Positions 20,260 to 29,367 of a stretch of DNA of 57,055 bases are shown here, piece by piece. This stretch comes from Rhodospirillales bacterium. GTDB taxonomy: Bacteria; Pseudomonadota; Alphaproteobacteria; CACIAM-22H2. The stretch is from contig CANFCX010000003.1 of NCBI GenBank assembly GCA_947445225.1, positions 1 through 57,055 of the forward strand, in the 5' to 3' direction. Below the pieces are notes generated by a model. That model saw only the letters and a program-made list of their open reading frames with translations, had not been told where the DNA came from and did not search any database. A program made the translations under genes and the position numbers. Within the stretch, counting starts at the first letter, position 1, and every line of letters begins with the position of its first letter.

Positions 20260-20976
20260 ATGGCTCTCGGATATGACAATCGCGCGCTAGGCCGTGGCGC
20301 CGAGCAAGCTCTCGTTGATGAGGGCCTGCGCGCCCATATGCTGCGCGTATACAACTACATGGCGTCCGGGCTGGCGCTGACCGGAATCGTTGCTTATCTG
20401 GTCGCCAGTACGCCATCCCTGGCCCAGGCGATCTTCGGCACGCCGCTGCAATGGGTCGTGATGCTGGCGCCGATTGGCTTCGTTCTCTTCCTGTCGGCGC
20501 GCATCCACAGGATGAACTTTTCGACCGCGCAGTTGACCTTCTGGGTCTTTGCAGGGGTCATGGGCCTGTCGATGGCCTCGATCTTCCTCGCCTTCACGGG
20601 GGCAAGCGTCGCGCGCGTCTTCTTCATCACTGGCGGCACTTTCGCGGCGATGAGCCTGTATGGCTACACGACGAAGAGCGACCTGTCGCGGTTCGGCTCG
20701 TTCCTGTTCATGGGCCTGATCGGCGTTATCCTCGCCAGCATCGTCAATATCTTCCTGGCGAGTTCCGCGCTTCAATTCGCGATTTCCGTGATCGGCGTTC
20801 TCGTGTTCGTGGGCCTGACCGCCTATGACACGCAGCGGATCAAGGAGACCTATCTCGAAGCCGACGATCACGAGACGACGGGAAAGAAGGCGCTGATGGG
20901 CGCGCTGACGCTCTATCTCGACTTCATCAATTTGTTCGTGATGCTGATGCAGCTTTTCGGTCAGCGCCGCGACTAA
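20260..20976 (+). CDS. Bax inhibitor-1/YccA family membrane protein
   Basis: GLRAHMLRVYNYM, YGYTTKSDLS, AYDTQRIK, LYLDFINLF. Confidence 0.93.
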   Translation: MALGYDNRALGRGAEQALVDEGLRAHMLRVYNYMASGLALTGIVAYLVASTPSLAQAIFGTPLQWVVMLAPIGFVLFLSARIHRMNFSTAQLTFWVFAGVMGLSMASIFLAFTGASVARVFFITGGTFAAMSLYGYTTKSDLSRFGSFLFMGLIGVILASIVNIFLASSALQFAISVIGVLVFVGLTAYDTQRIKETYLEADDHETTGKKALMGALTLYLDFINLFVMLMQLFGQRRD

Positions 20977-20999
20977 AACCGACACACGCGGTTGAGACG

Positions 21000-21032
21000 A
21001 ACCGGGGCCTTCGCGGCCCCGGTTTCTTTTTT
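21000..21032 (+). terminator. Rho-independent terminator
   Basis: AACCGGGGCC TTCGC GGCCCCGGTT followed by TCTTTTTT. Confidence 0.85.
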
Positions 21033-21111
21033 GGCCCGCCGGCGAGGCTTGCCAATACCATCGGACTCCGAGCCGTGTTAGGTTTGTCCGTCCAGGCGGA
21101 AGCTGGAGAAA

Positions 21112-21945
21112 ATGAGCCAAATGACCGGAACCGCGTTGCGCGCTTGGACCGCAGCACAGCCCGCGACCGCCACGGCGCCCGGCGAAGCGCGGCTTACTTT
21201 GTCCGTTGTCGTGCCGGTACGCGACGAGGCCGAAAACATCGCGCCCCTGATCGCGGAAATCGATCGCGCCCTGGCCGCGCATTCACCCTTCGAAGTGATA
21301 TATGTCGATGATGGCAGCGCCGACGACACACCGCGCCGGCTGGCCGAAGCCAAGGCGCTGTACCCCTGGCTGCGTGTGCTGCGCCATCGCGGGAGCTGCG
21401 GGCAAAGTGCGGCGTTGACCACGGGCATCCGCGCCGCGCGGGCCGAATGGATCGCCACGCTCGACGGCGACGGCCAGAACGATCCGGCCGACATTGGGGT
21501 GCTTTTGCGGGCGCTGGGGGACAGCGCCGCGGCCGACGCGCCCGCCCTGGTCGCCGGCCTTCGCCGCCGCCGCCGCGACGGCATCGGTAAACGCGTGGCC
21601 TCGCGCATCGCCAATTTCATCCGGTCCCGGCTGTTGCGCGACGACACGCCCGATACTGGCTGCGGGTTGAAGCTGTTCCGGCGCTCGGCTTTCCTCGCCT
21701 TGCCGAATTTCGATCACATGCATCGCTTCCTGCCGGCGCTTTTTCGCCGGAGCGGGGGCTGCGTGCGGCTGGTCGAGGTCGGCCATCGCCCGCGGACAAG
21801 CGGAATTTCAAAATACGGGAATCTACAACGCGCGCTGGTCGGCAGCGTCGACCTTTTCGGGGTGATGTGGCTGCAGCGGCGCAGCCGGCTCCCCGTCGTC
21901 GAAGGCGACGGCGACGCGCCTCCTTCTTCCAACACCGGGGAATAG
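21112..21945 (+). CDS. GT2 polyprenyl-phosphate sugar synthase (DPM/ArnC/RgtE-like)
   Basis: VVVPVRDE, VDDGSAD, GQSAAL, LDGDGQNDPAD, DTGCGLK, HRFLPAL. Confidence 0.9.
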   Translation: MSQMTGTALRAWTAAQPATATAPGEARLTLSVVVPVRDEAENIAPLIAEIDRALAAHSPFEVIYVDDGSADDTPRRLAEAKALYPWLRVLRHRGSCGQSAALTTGIRAARAEWIATLDGDGQNDPADIGVLLRALGDSAAADAPALVAGLRRRRRDGIGKRVASRIANFIRSRLLRDDTPDTGCGLKLFRRSAFLALPNFDHMHRFLPALFRRSGGCVRLVEVGHRPRTSGISKYGNLQRALVGSVDLFGVMWLQRRSRLPVVEGDGDAPPSSNTGE

Positions 21946-21949
21946 TTCC

Positions 21950-22249
21950 GTGTCGAACGAGACGATTTGGCTGGTCATCGGTTTCGTTGGCCAGGGGTTG
22001 TTTTCAGCGCGCTTCGTTGTTCAATGGCTGCAAAGCGAGCGGCGGCGGCGCAGCGTCATTCCCGTCGCTTTCTGGTATTTCAGCATGGCTGGCGGCGCCG
22101 TCCTTTTGTCCTATGCGATCTATCGCCTCGATCCGGTTTTCATCGTCGGGCAACTCGCCGGTCTGTTCATCTATGCGCGCAACCTGCACCTGATCGGCCG
22201 CGAACGGCGCGAGGCGGCGGAGTCGGAAGAGGCGGCCCCGCCGGCATGA
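21950..22249 (+). CDS. Small membrane protein with lipid A biosynthesis N-terminal (LAB_N) domain
   Basis: GFVGQGLFSARFVVQWLQSE, PVAFWYFS, DPVFIVGQ, IYARNL. Confidence 0.88.
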   Translation: MSNETIWLVIGFVGQGLFSARFVVQWLQSERRRRSVIPVAFWYFSMAGGAVLLSYAIYRLDPVFIVGQLAGLFIYARNLHLIGRERREAAESEEAAPPA

Positions 22250-23871
22250 GGCGCTGGCCGGTTGCGCTGTTCGGGGCGGCGGTGTTGTGGCTCGCCGTGG
22301 TCGCCTCCGCGCTGCTGTCGCGCGCCCCACTGCCGGTCGACGAGACTCGGTATCTCGCCGCGGCCTGGGAGATGTGGTCGCGCGGGGATTTCCTGGTCCC
22401 GCATCTGAACGGCGTCCCCTATTCACACAAGCCGCCACTGCTGTTTTGGCTCATGCATTTGGGCTGGACGGTATTCGGAGTCGTCGAATGGTGGGCGCGG
22501 GTCGTGGCGCCGCTGTTTTCGCTCGGCGCCTTGATTCTGACGGCGCTCCTGGCCCGGCGGCTGTGGCCTGACGACGCGCCGGCGGCCGGGTTGGCGCCGC
22601 TGGTGCTGGTCGGATTCGGGCTTCTCGGCGTGCTCGCGCCGATGACGATGTTCGATGGCATGAATATGTTTTTCACCGCTCTGGGACTTCTCGGTGTCTT
22701 GCGCGCGGCCGAAGGCCGCCGGCGATCGGGTTGGATGCTATTCGGTTTCGCCATCGGGCTCGGCATTCTGTCGAAGGGGCCGGTTATCCTTGTCGGGCTG
22801 CTGCCGGCGCCGTTGTTGGCGCCGATCTGGGCGGCGCGCGGCCAATGGGGTGGCCCGGGGCGCTGGTATGGCGGGCTCGGCGTGGCCATCCTCGGCGGCG
22901 CCGCCGTGGCGCTTGCCTGGGCGATCCCGGCGGCTTTTTCCGGCGGTCCCGAATTCCGCGACATGCTTCTTTTCGGCCAGACCGCCGGACGGGTGCTCGA
23001 CGCCTTCGCCCATGGCCGTCCCTGGTGGTGGTACCTCGCGTTGCTGGCACCGCTCCTCTACCCGTGGGCCTGGTGGCCCGGCCTGTGGCGGGCGGTGTCG
23101 CAAGCCTGGCCGCTGCGGTTCGACCGCGGATTGCGGTTCTGCGTTTGCGTGGTGGTTCCGGCGTTGCTTGTATTTTCGCTGATCAGCGCCAAACAGCCGC
23201 ATTATCTGCTGCCATTGTTTCCGGTTTTCGCGCTGGCCTTTGCCCGGCTTCTTAGCTGGAACCCGCTGAACGACCGGCCCCTGGCGCGGCTGCCCGTGGC
23301 ATTGCCGACGATTGTTCTTGGCATCGCCGTGCTGCTCGCGCCCCCGGTCGCCGGATGGATCGCCGAATCGCCGCCGTGGTTGGCCGACATCCCCTGGCTC
23401 GGTGGTGTCCTGCTGGCGGCGGCGGGCGGCGGCTTGATCATGGACGGCCCGCGCACCGTGAGCGTTCGCATCGCATCGATCGCGGCGGTCACGACGTTGA
23501 CGGTGTGTGTCGTTAACGTCGCCGGTTTCGCCGCGGCCGGCCCTTATTACGATCTGCGGGGCATCGCCACCGTCCTCGCCGATGGTGAGCGGGAGGGCAG
23601 GCCGATCGCCCATGTCGGCGATTACGAGGGCCAGTTCCATTTCCTGGGCCGATTGCGAAAACCGATCGAGGATGTCCTGGCGCCGGACGCTCAGGCCTGG
23701 GCGCGGGCGCATCCCAACGGCCTGATCGTGGCCTATTTCAGGGGCAATCCCGCGGGGCTGCCGCAACGGCCGCTGTGGCTCCAGCCCTATCGCGGGCGTT
23801 GGGCGGCGGTTTGGAGCGCCGGGGTAGTCGGCGAGGACGGCGCCAAGCTGCTTGAAGATCGTTTCCCCTAG
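22246..23871 (+). CDS. ArnT/PMT-family (GT-C) lipid glycosyltransferase
   Basis: DETRY, PHLNG...KPPLLFW, LSKGPV, SAKQPHYLLP; multiple TM helices. Confidence 0.9.
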   Translation: MRRWPVALFGAAVLWLAVVASALLSRAPLPVDETRYLAAAWEMWSRGDFLVPHLNGVPYSHKPPLLFWLMHLGWTVFGVVEWWARVVAPLFSLGALILTALLARRLWPDDAPAAGLAPLVLVGFGLLGVLAPMTMFDGMNMFFTALGLLGVLRAAEGRRRSGWMLFGFAIGLGILSKGPVILVGLLPAPLLAPIWAARGQWGGPGRWYGGLGVAILGGAAVALAWAIPAAFSGGPEFRDMLLFGQTAGRVLDAFAHGRPWWWYLALLAPLLYPWAWWPGLWRAVSQAWPLRFDRGLRFCVCVVVPALLVFSLISAKQPHYLLPLFPVFALAFARLLSWNPLNDRPLARLPVALPTIVLGIAVLLAPPVAGWIAESPPWLADIPWLGGVLLAAAGGGLIMDGPRTVSVRIASIAAVTTLTVCVVNVAGFAAAGPYYDLRGIATVLADGEREGRPIAHVGDYEGQFHFLGRLRKPIEDVLAPDAQAWARAHPNGLIVAYFRGNPAGLPQRPLWLQPYRGRWAAVWSAGVVGEDGAKLLEDRFP

Positions 23872-24090
23872 GCGGCTCCCTCAGGGGTTGCATCAACCAC
23901 AGCCCGGATACCCCTGAATTATTGGGGATTTATCCAATTTTAAGTATAGGCTAGTATTAATACAACCAGCGATCGGCACGCCGACGCGGCATAGATGACG
24001 CCGCGCCCGGCGCCCGGCACGCAAGAATCGCGTGGAGACTGACTGCGTACGCGGAAGGACTAGGCCGTCGGGCCACCGGGAGGGCGCCAG

Positions 24091-25359
24091 GTGAGTCTCC
24101 TCATCGAGTTTCTTGAATTCATAGAGATCCCGCCGGGTGAACCGGTCGGCAAGCTGCTGTCCCGCGTATTGCTCAAAAGCCGCCAGATCACCAATGCCGA
24201 GGCAGGCACCTTCTTCGTGCTGCATGGCCGCGGCCCTCATCGAAAACTCGAAGCATCCAGCCTGCAAAACGATCGCGTCCGGCTCAAATCCGCGGGTTTT
24301 GTCATTCCGGTCACGACCAGCTCGATCGCCGGTTATGTCGCGACGACCGGGGAAATCGTGATCATCGACGATCTCTATGCGATTCCGGCGGGGCGATCCT
24401 ACAGCTTCAATCCCGCCTTCGATCAGGCCACGGGTTATCAAAGCCGCTCGATGTTGTGTTTCCCGCTCCAAAACTATGCGGGCGAGTTGACCGGGGTCGT
24501 TCAGCTCCTCAATCGCCGATTGCCCGGAAGCGACAAACCCGTTCCCTTCACGCGCGACCAGGTCGATCTGATCGGCCCGATCAATCACATCGTGGGCACG
24601 GCCATCGAACGCGCCCAGATGGTCGACCGCATCCACCGGCAAAATAAACGGCTTCGCGAACGTGCCCGGCTGCTTACCGAACAACGGTCGCGGATCGAAG
24701 CACTTCAGGACGAAACCGAAGACGCTTTCCAGATTTCGATCAGGCTGCTCGCGCGCGCCGCCGAACTTCATGACGAGGACACCGGCAACCACATCCTGCG
24801 GACCAATGAATACAGCTATTACCTCGCCAAGTGTTTGGATATGCCGGACGATTTCTGCGACGAAATCCGCTACAGCGCGCAGCTTCACGACGTCGGCAAG
24901 ATGAGCGTCGATGCCGCGGTTCTGAAAAAACGCGGAGGTCTATCGTCGCTGGAGCGCGACGAAATAAACCGCCACCCCTATTACGGCTACAAGATATTGT
25001 CGGCTTCGGACCGGTTGCGGATGGCCGCGGAGATCGCCTATTGCCATCATGAAAAATGGGACGGCACCGGTTATCCGCGCAAACTGAAGGGCGACGAGAT
25101 TCCGTTATCCGCGCGCATCGTCCAGATCGCCGATATCTATGACGCCCTTCGTTCCGAGCGCCCCTATAAACCCGCCTTCAGCCACGAACGATCGGTAGCG
25201 ATTATCACCAAGGGGGACGACCGCATCGACCCGCGTGCCCATTTCGATCCGCGGCTGATCGATCTGTTCGCCGCCAATCACGAAGGCATGGACCGGTTGT
25301 GGTGCGAGCTCGCCGATCCACCCGGCGCCGTCGTCGCACCCGTCGTCCAGCACGCTTAG
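24091..25359 (+). CDS. GAF + HD-GYP domain phosphodiesterase
   Basis: GAF (SIAGYVA, FDQATGYQSRSMLCFPL), ETG/DTGNH, LHDVGK, HHEKWDGTGYP, ADIYDAL, RPYK. Confidence 0.92.
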   Translation: MSLLIEFLEFIEIPPGEPVGKLLSRVLLKSRQITNAEAGTFFVLHGRGPHRKLEASSLQNDRVRLKSAGFVIPVTTSSIAGYVATTGEIVIIDDLYAIPAGRSYSFNPAFDQATGYQSRSMLCFPLQNYAGELTGVVQLLNRRLPGSDKPVPFTRDQVDLIGPINHIVGTAIERAQMVDRIHRQNKRLRERARLLTEQRSRIEALQDETEDAFQISIRLLARAAELHDEDTGNHILRTNEYSYYLAKCLDMPDDFCDEIRYSAQLHDVGKMSVDAAVLKKRGGLSSLERDEINRHPYYGYKILSASDRLRMAAEIAYCHHEKWDGTGYPRKLKGDEIPLSARIVQIADIYDALRSERPYKPAFSHERSVAIITKGDDRIDPRAHFDPRLIDLFAANHEGMDRLWCELADPPGAVVAPVVQHA

Positions 25360-25360
25360 G

Positions 25361-25834
25361 TTAGACGCTCTTTCCGTCCGCCGCCCGTCGTTCGCCCGCC
25401 CCGTCGCGCCGGCGGCGGAAGACGGCGACAATCTTCCGGCGGGCGATGCGCCAGCCCTGTCCGGTACGCTCGAAACTGTCATGGAATTCACCGACGGCAT
25501 CCAGCCCGTCGAGCGGGTAGGGCGGCGTCTGGCCCTCGATGCCGTCATGGCGGGCCACAAGGAAATAGGTCACGGCGTCGGCTTTATCCGCATCGACGAC
25601 GGCGAAGAGCGTGCCCGTGCACAGATGACGCGTGACCATGTCTGTGGACCGCGTTTCCATCTCGCGGCGGATCGCGGCATGACCGACATGGACCTTGCCG
25701 AATCGTTCAAAACAGCCATCGGTGGTGAATAGGGCCGCGAGGTCGCCATAACGGCGTTGGTCGACGAGATGGCTGAAGGCGATACACAGGCGCTCGCATT
25801 CGGCCTCGATCGCCAATCGCTCCGACGGGTTCAC
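25361..25834 (-). CDS. SnoaL/NTF2-like family protein
   Basis: LFTTDG, GHAAI, TRH, D...GWRIARR pattern. Confidence 0.8.
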   Translation of the reverse strand: MNPSERLAIEAECERLCIAFSHLVDQRRYGDLAALFTTDGCFERFGKVHVGHAAIRREMETRSTDMVTRHLCTGTLFAVVDADKADAVTYFLVARHDGIEGQTPPYPLDGLDAVGEFHDSFERTGQGWRIARRKIVAVFRRRRDGAGERRAADGKSV

Positions 25835-25981
25835 GAGACCTTACGCCCCGCGCTTTCGAAACCGGATGGATGTCACGCGATCCAATGCAGTGCGATACTG
25901 GGAACGATGTGCGCGAAACTATAGCAGCCACTCGTGGGGCGCAAATGCGGTCCTTGGGAACAGGCACCGATCGCTCGTGTG

Positions 25982-26788
25982 ATGCCGCTATTTAGCGACG
26001 TCTCGACCGTGCTGGCCGGGGTGCTGGCCATCGCCGCGGTCGTCGCCATTGGCATTTTCGCCTTCACCCGATTTCGGCGCGCGCGGCGCGATCTTTCGGC
26101 GGCGGCCGGGGACACCCTACCGCCGCGGCCGGAATTCTACGACCCCGACATGCCACCGGCCGCGCCCGGCGCCGCCGCCCAGCGGGCGCTGCGCTCCCTG
26201 TCTTATGTCGTCTTCGACACCGAAACCACCGGTCTGAGGCCGTCGCTGGGCGACGAGATTGTCGCCATCGCTGGCGTCCGGGTCATCGACGGCCGCGTCG
26301 ACGCGAGTGATACCTTCAACCGCCTGGTCAATCCGGGCCGTGGCATCCCGAAGCAATCGACGCGGTTCCATGGAATCACCGACGACATGGTTCGCCACGA
26401 ACCGCCGCTTGCCGTCGTGCTCCCGCAATTCAAGGCATTCATCGGCGATTCCGTTCTGGTCGCGCACAACGCCGCGTTCGACATGAAGTTTCTGAAAATG
26501 AAGGAGGCCGAGCTCGCAATCCGCTTCGACAATCCGGTCTTGGACACGTTGCTGATCTCGGCTTTCCTGTTCGACACATCGCAGGACCACAGCCTGGACG
26601 CCGTGCTTGGCCGGTTCGACATTCCCGCGTTGGGGCGGCACACGGCGCTGGGCGACGCACTCGCCACCGCCGCCGCTTTCATTCGCTTGATCGAAATTCT
26701 CGAAGATCGCGGCATTGGAACGTTCGAGCGGCTTCTCCGCGTCTCGAACATGGCGATGGAGGTGCGGGTTCGGCAGGCCCGCTTTTGA
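25982..26788 (+). CDS. DEDDh 3'-5' exonuclease (epsilon-like) with N-terminal TM anchor
   Basis: VFDTETTG, HGIT, AHNAAFDM, RHTALGDA; hydrophobic N-terminus followed by RFRRARR. Confidence 0.88.
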   Translation: MPLFSDVSTVLAGVLAIAAVVAIGIFAFTRFRRARRDLSAAAGDTLPPRPEFYDPDMPPAAPGAAAQRALRSLSYVVFDTETTGLRPSLGDEIVAIAGVRVIDGRVDASDTFNRLVNPGRGIPKQSTRFHGITDDMVRHEPPLAVVLPQFKAFIGDSVLVAHNAAFDMKFLKMKEAELAIRFDNPVLDTLLISAFLFDTSQDHSLDAVLGRFDIPALGRHTALGDALATAAAFIRLIEILEDRGIGTFERLLRVSNMAMEVRVRQARF

Positions 26789-26798
26789 TCGATCGGCG

Positions 26799-28250
26799 TT
26801 ACCCCCCGAGAATTTCGCCGGTCGCGTCGGCGCGGGCGCGCCGGCGGAAGGAACCGATGGATTTCAGGGCGCGGCGCAGCGCGCTTTTTTCCGGCCGCGA
26901 CATCGATTCGAGCCGAACCAGGTTGCCGACGGGCCGGCCGGCGCGGTAATCGGCCAGTTGCTGCCGCAGCAGCAGGAACCCAATATGCTCGAACGCCGCG
27001 ACCAACTCGTCATGGTCGTTGGCGTCGAGCCGGCCGCGGGCGCGGAGCGCCCCGAGGCGGCCGAGCGTGGAGGTTTGCTCCAATCCGTCGACCAGGGCCA
27101 AGAGACGCACCGATTCGACCAAGGGCACGGTGGCGTGCCGCTTGATGTCGAAGCGTCCGCCGGTTCCGGTGCGGAAGCGGCCCAACCAGTCCAGGCCCAC
27201 GCCATGGCCGGAATCGTCGCGAGCCATCGTGGCGAGGAAATTCGGATGGGACGCCGCGATCTTGGTGATGTCGGCGCGCAACGCGGCGGCAAGAGCGGCC
27301 TCGCCCCAGACCGGTTGGAAATCGAAAAAGATATCGGCATTCAGCACGGCTTCGCCGCCGCGGCGTTTGGCCCACAGCGCCACCTGATGGCGCCATTGGG
27401 ACAAGGTCTTGCGCCACAGCGGATTGGTGGCCATCACATGGCCCTGGCAATACGGGATGCCGATTGCGTCGAGGTCGGCGGTCAGCTTCGTCGCGAATTC
27501 GATGAAATAACCGTCGATCCGGTCATGGGCGTCGTCCGGGTAGTCGGCGATGATGAATCCGTTGTCCTGATCGGGGAACAGGAAACTTTCGCCGCGCCCG
27601 CCCGAGCCCATGACGATAAGGGCCGACGCCACGGGAGGCGGACCCCGGCCGCGTTCCTGCATGGCCTGGGTCGCGGTCTCGGCCAGGTGCCGGTGAATGT
27701 CGCGATTGATGTCGGTCAACAGTGCCTGGATGTCCGGGGCCGGCAGGTTGTCCTCCAACAATTCCTCGGCGATGTCGGCCTGTGCCGCCTTCACCTGCCG
27801 CAAACCGGCGACATCGCCTTCTTGGGTTAGCCGCTCGATCTGGCCCATGGTTCGCGACGCGGCCGCGGCCAGGGTCTCGGTGAGGTCAAGCATGCCGACC
27901 AACCGATGGCCATCGTCGACGACCGGCATGTGGCGCCGGTGCTGCCGGCGCATGCGGGCGATGGCGCGATAGAGATAGTCGTCGGCCTCGGCGACCGCGA
28001 CCGGCCGCGTCATGACCGCCTCCACCGCAATCTCCGGGCCATGCTGGAATGTCACGCGGCGCGCGATGTCCTGCTCGGTAAGAATGCCGACCGGCCGCCG
28101 ATCGGCATCAACGACGACCGCGCTCGATTGGCCGGACCGCGAGAGCAGGGCGACGACATCGGCGAGTTTGGTCCCTGGGCCGCAGGCGACCGGCGGGGCG
28201 CCCATGACATCGCGGACCCGTTTGCTGAAGATTTCGGTCTGCGCGGCCAT
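26799..28250 (-). CDS. CBS pair + DUF294 nucleotidyltransferase + DUF294_C protein
   Basis: CBS (GILTEQDI, RHMPVVD), MGSGGRGE...PDQDNG, CQGHVMATNPLW, IFFDF, FDIKRH. Confidence 0.9.
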   Translation of the reverse strand: MAAQTEIFSKRVRDVMGAPPVACGPGTKLADVVALLSRSGQSSAVVVDADRRPVGILTEQDIARRVTFQHGPEIAVEAVMTRPVAVAEADDYLYRAIARMRRQHRRHMPVVDDGHRLVGMLDLTETLAAAASRTMGQIERLTQEGDVAGLRQVKAAQADIAEELLEDNLPAPDIQALLTDINRDIHRHLAETATQAMQERGRGPPPVASALIVMGSGGRGESFLFPDQDNGFIIADYPDDAHDRIDGYFIEFATKLTADLDAIGIPYCQGHVMATNPLWRKTLSQWRHQVALWAKRRGGEAVLNADIFFDFQPVWGEAALAAALRADITKIAASHPNFLATMARDDSGHGVGLDWLGRFRTGTGGRFDIKRHATVPLVESVRLLALVDGLEQTSTLGRLGALRARGRLDANDHDELVAAFEHIGFLLLRQQLADYRAGRPVGNLVRLESMSRPEKSALRRALKSIGSFRRRARADATGEILGG

Positions 28251-28265
28251 GGGCGGTTCTCTAGC

Positions 28266-28934
28266 CTAGGGGCGAGGCGGATCGGAAAGGATGCCGGCGA
28301 GAGCGGCGACATCTAAACGCCGCGCCAGGCGTTCGCGCAGGGCCACCATCTGGAACGAGATCGAGTTGGCGATAATTTCTGCATCGTTGCCGCTGTAGCG
28401 CCGATGAATGGGCAAGGCTTCGAAAATTCGGCGTCCCGAGGTTTCGGCGATTCGCGCCGCCGGCAATGGCGCCGTGGAACGGATTTGATCGAGGCGCTGA
28501 GTGAGTTCACCGATCGCGGCGGTCCAGTCCGGTGGCTCCGGTGTTAACCTCGGCGTATCCTCTAGCGTGGACCGATAGAGATCGGTCAGGGCTTCGTTCC
28601 GCAAGGAACCATGGGGCCGCAACAACCCCTCCAGGATGACCACGAGATCGGCCAACACCGCGGCGAAGCCGTGGCTGCGGCTGAGCGCCAGGGCATCGAG
28701 GAAACTGCGTTCGGCATAAAGCGCGTGGCTGAAAAGGCCGACCCTGGCGCGGCAATAATCGTCGATTGTTTTTTGGGCGATATAGGCGGCCTGACTGCGC
28801 AAGAAATCAGCAAGCTCGTGCCGGGTGGCGATGGGCGGAGTCCACCACCATTGCGCCAAAACATTGAGAAGACGCGTTAATCGCCCTTCGGTTGGGTTTG
28901 GCTTCGATCTCGGTGCCGGGTTGAAGCTGGTCAT
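28266..28934 (-). CDS. Hypothetical protein, co-oriented with the DUF294 gene
   Basis: Fills the gap and ends 15 bp before the DUF294 start; plausible helical protein (AAYIAQKTIDDYCRARVG). Confidence 0.65.
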   Translation of the reverse strand: MTSFNPAPRSKPNPTEGRLTRLLNVLAQWWWTPPIATRHELADFLRSQAAYIAQKTIDDYCRARVGLFSHALYAERSFLDALALSRSHGFAAVLADLVVILEGLLRPHGSLRNEALTDLYRSTLEDTPRLTPEPPDWTAAIGELTQRLDQIRSTAPLPAARIAETSGRRIFEALPIHRRYSGNDAEIIANSISFQMVALRERLARRLDVAALAGILSDPPRP

Positions 28935-28991
28935 GGCCCATGATATTAAAAGATTCTTAAAAAATGATCCCTCCTTACCGGCGGCGGGAAT

Positions 28992-29047
28992 ATTACGGCC
29001 AACTTTCATCAAAGTGGGCCGTAATGGCGAACCAAGCGCAGGCTTGG
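28992..29047. promoter_or_regulatory. Inverted repeats / structured leader upstream of the DUF4212-SSS operon
   Basis: ATTACGGCCAACTTT CATC AAAGTGGGCCGTAAT (15-bp arms, 1 mismatch), then CCAAGC GCAG GCTTGG. Confidence 0.55.
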
Positions 29048-29086
29048 ATTCCTTCGACCCAAGGGGGGGACGAACAGGAGGCGCCC

Positions 29087-29356
29087 ATGCAGGAATCAAC
29101 GCTCTCACGCGAGAAGATGGACAATTATTGGCGGAAAACGTCCCGCTTGATGTGGACTATCCTAGCCTTGTGGTTTATCGCCAGTTTCGTCGTTCATTTC
29201 TTCGCGGTCCCGCTTAACGGGATCAAGATCCTCGGGTTCCCGCTCGGCTTCTACTTCGCCGCGCAGGGGTCGCTGATCGCGTTTGTCGTTCTGTGTTTCT
29301 GGAACGCCTACGCACAGAACAAGATCGATGAAGAATTCGGCGTTGCCGAGGACTGA
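29087..29356 (+). CDS. DUF4212 small membrane subunit of SSS transporter
   Basis: YWRKT, GFPLGFYFAAQGS, DEEFGV; AGGAGG SD. Confidence 0.9.
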   Translation: MQESTLSREKMDNYWRKTSRLMWTILALWFIASFVVHFFAVPLNGIKILGFPLGFYFAAQGSLIAFVVLCFWNAYAQNKIDEEFGVAED

Positions 29357-29367
29357 GGGGGAAAATC

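Noticed and set aside
21950-22249. Calling this gene lpxB
   Set aside because: Only the small LAB_N membrane domain is present, with no glycosyltransferase domain
25982-26788. Calling this gene dnaQ
   Set aside because: It has a TM anchor, lacks the epsilon C-terminal tail and lies in DUF294/SSS context
26799-28250. CBASS/toxin-antitoxin-type defence nucleotidyltransferase
   Set aside because: Motifs and CBS fusion match DUF294 (GlnD-like), and the context is transport rather than defence effectors
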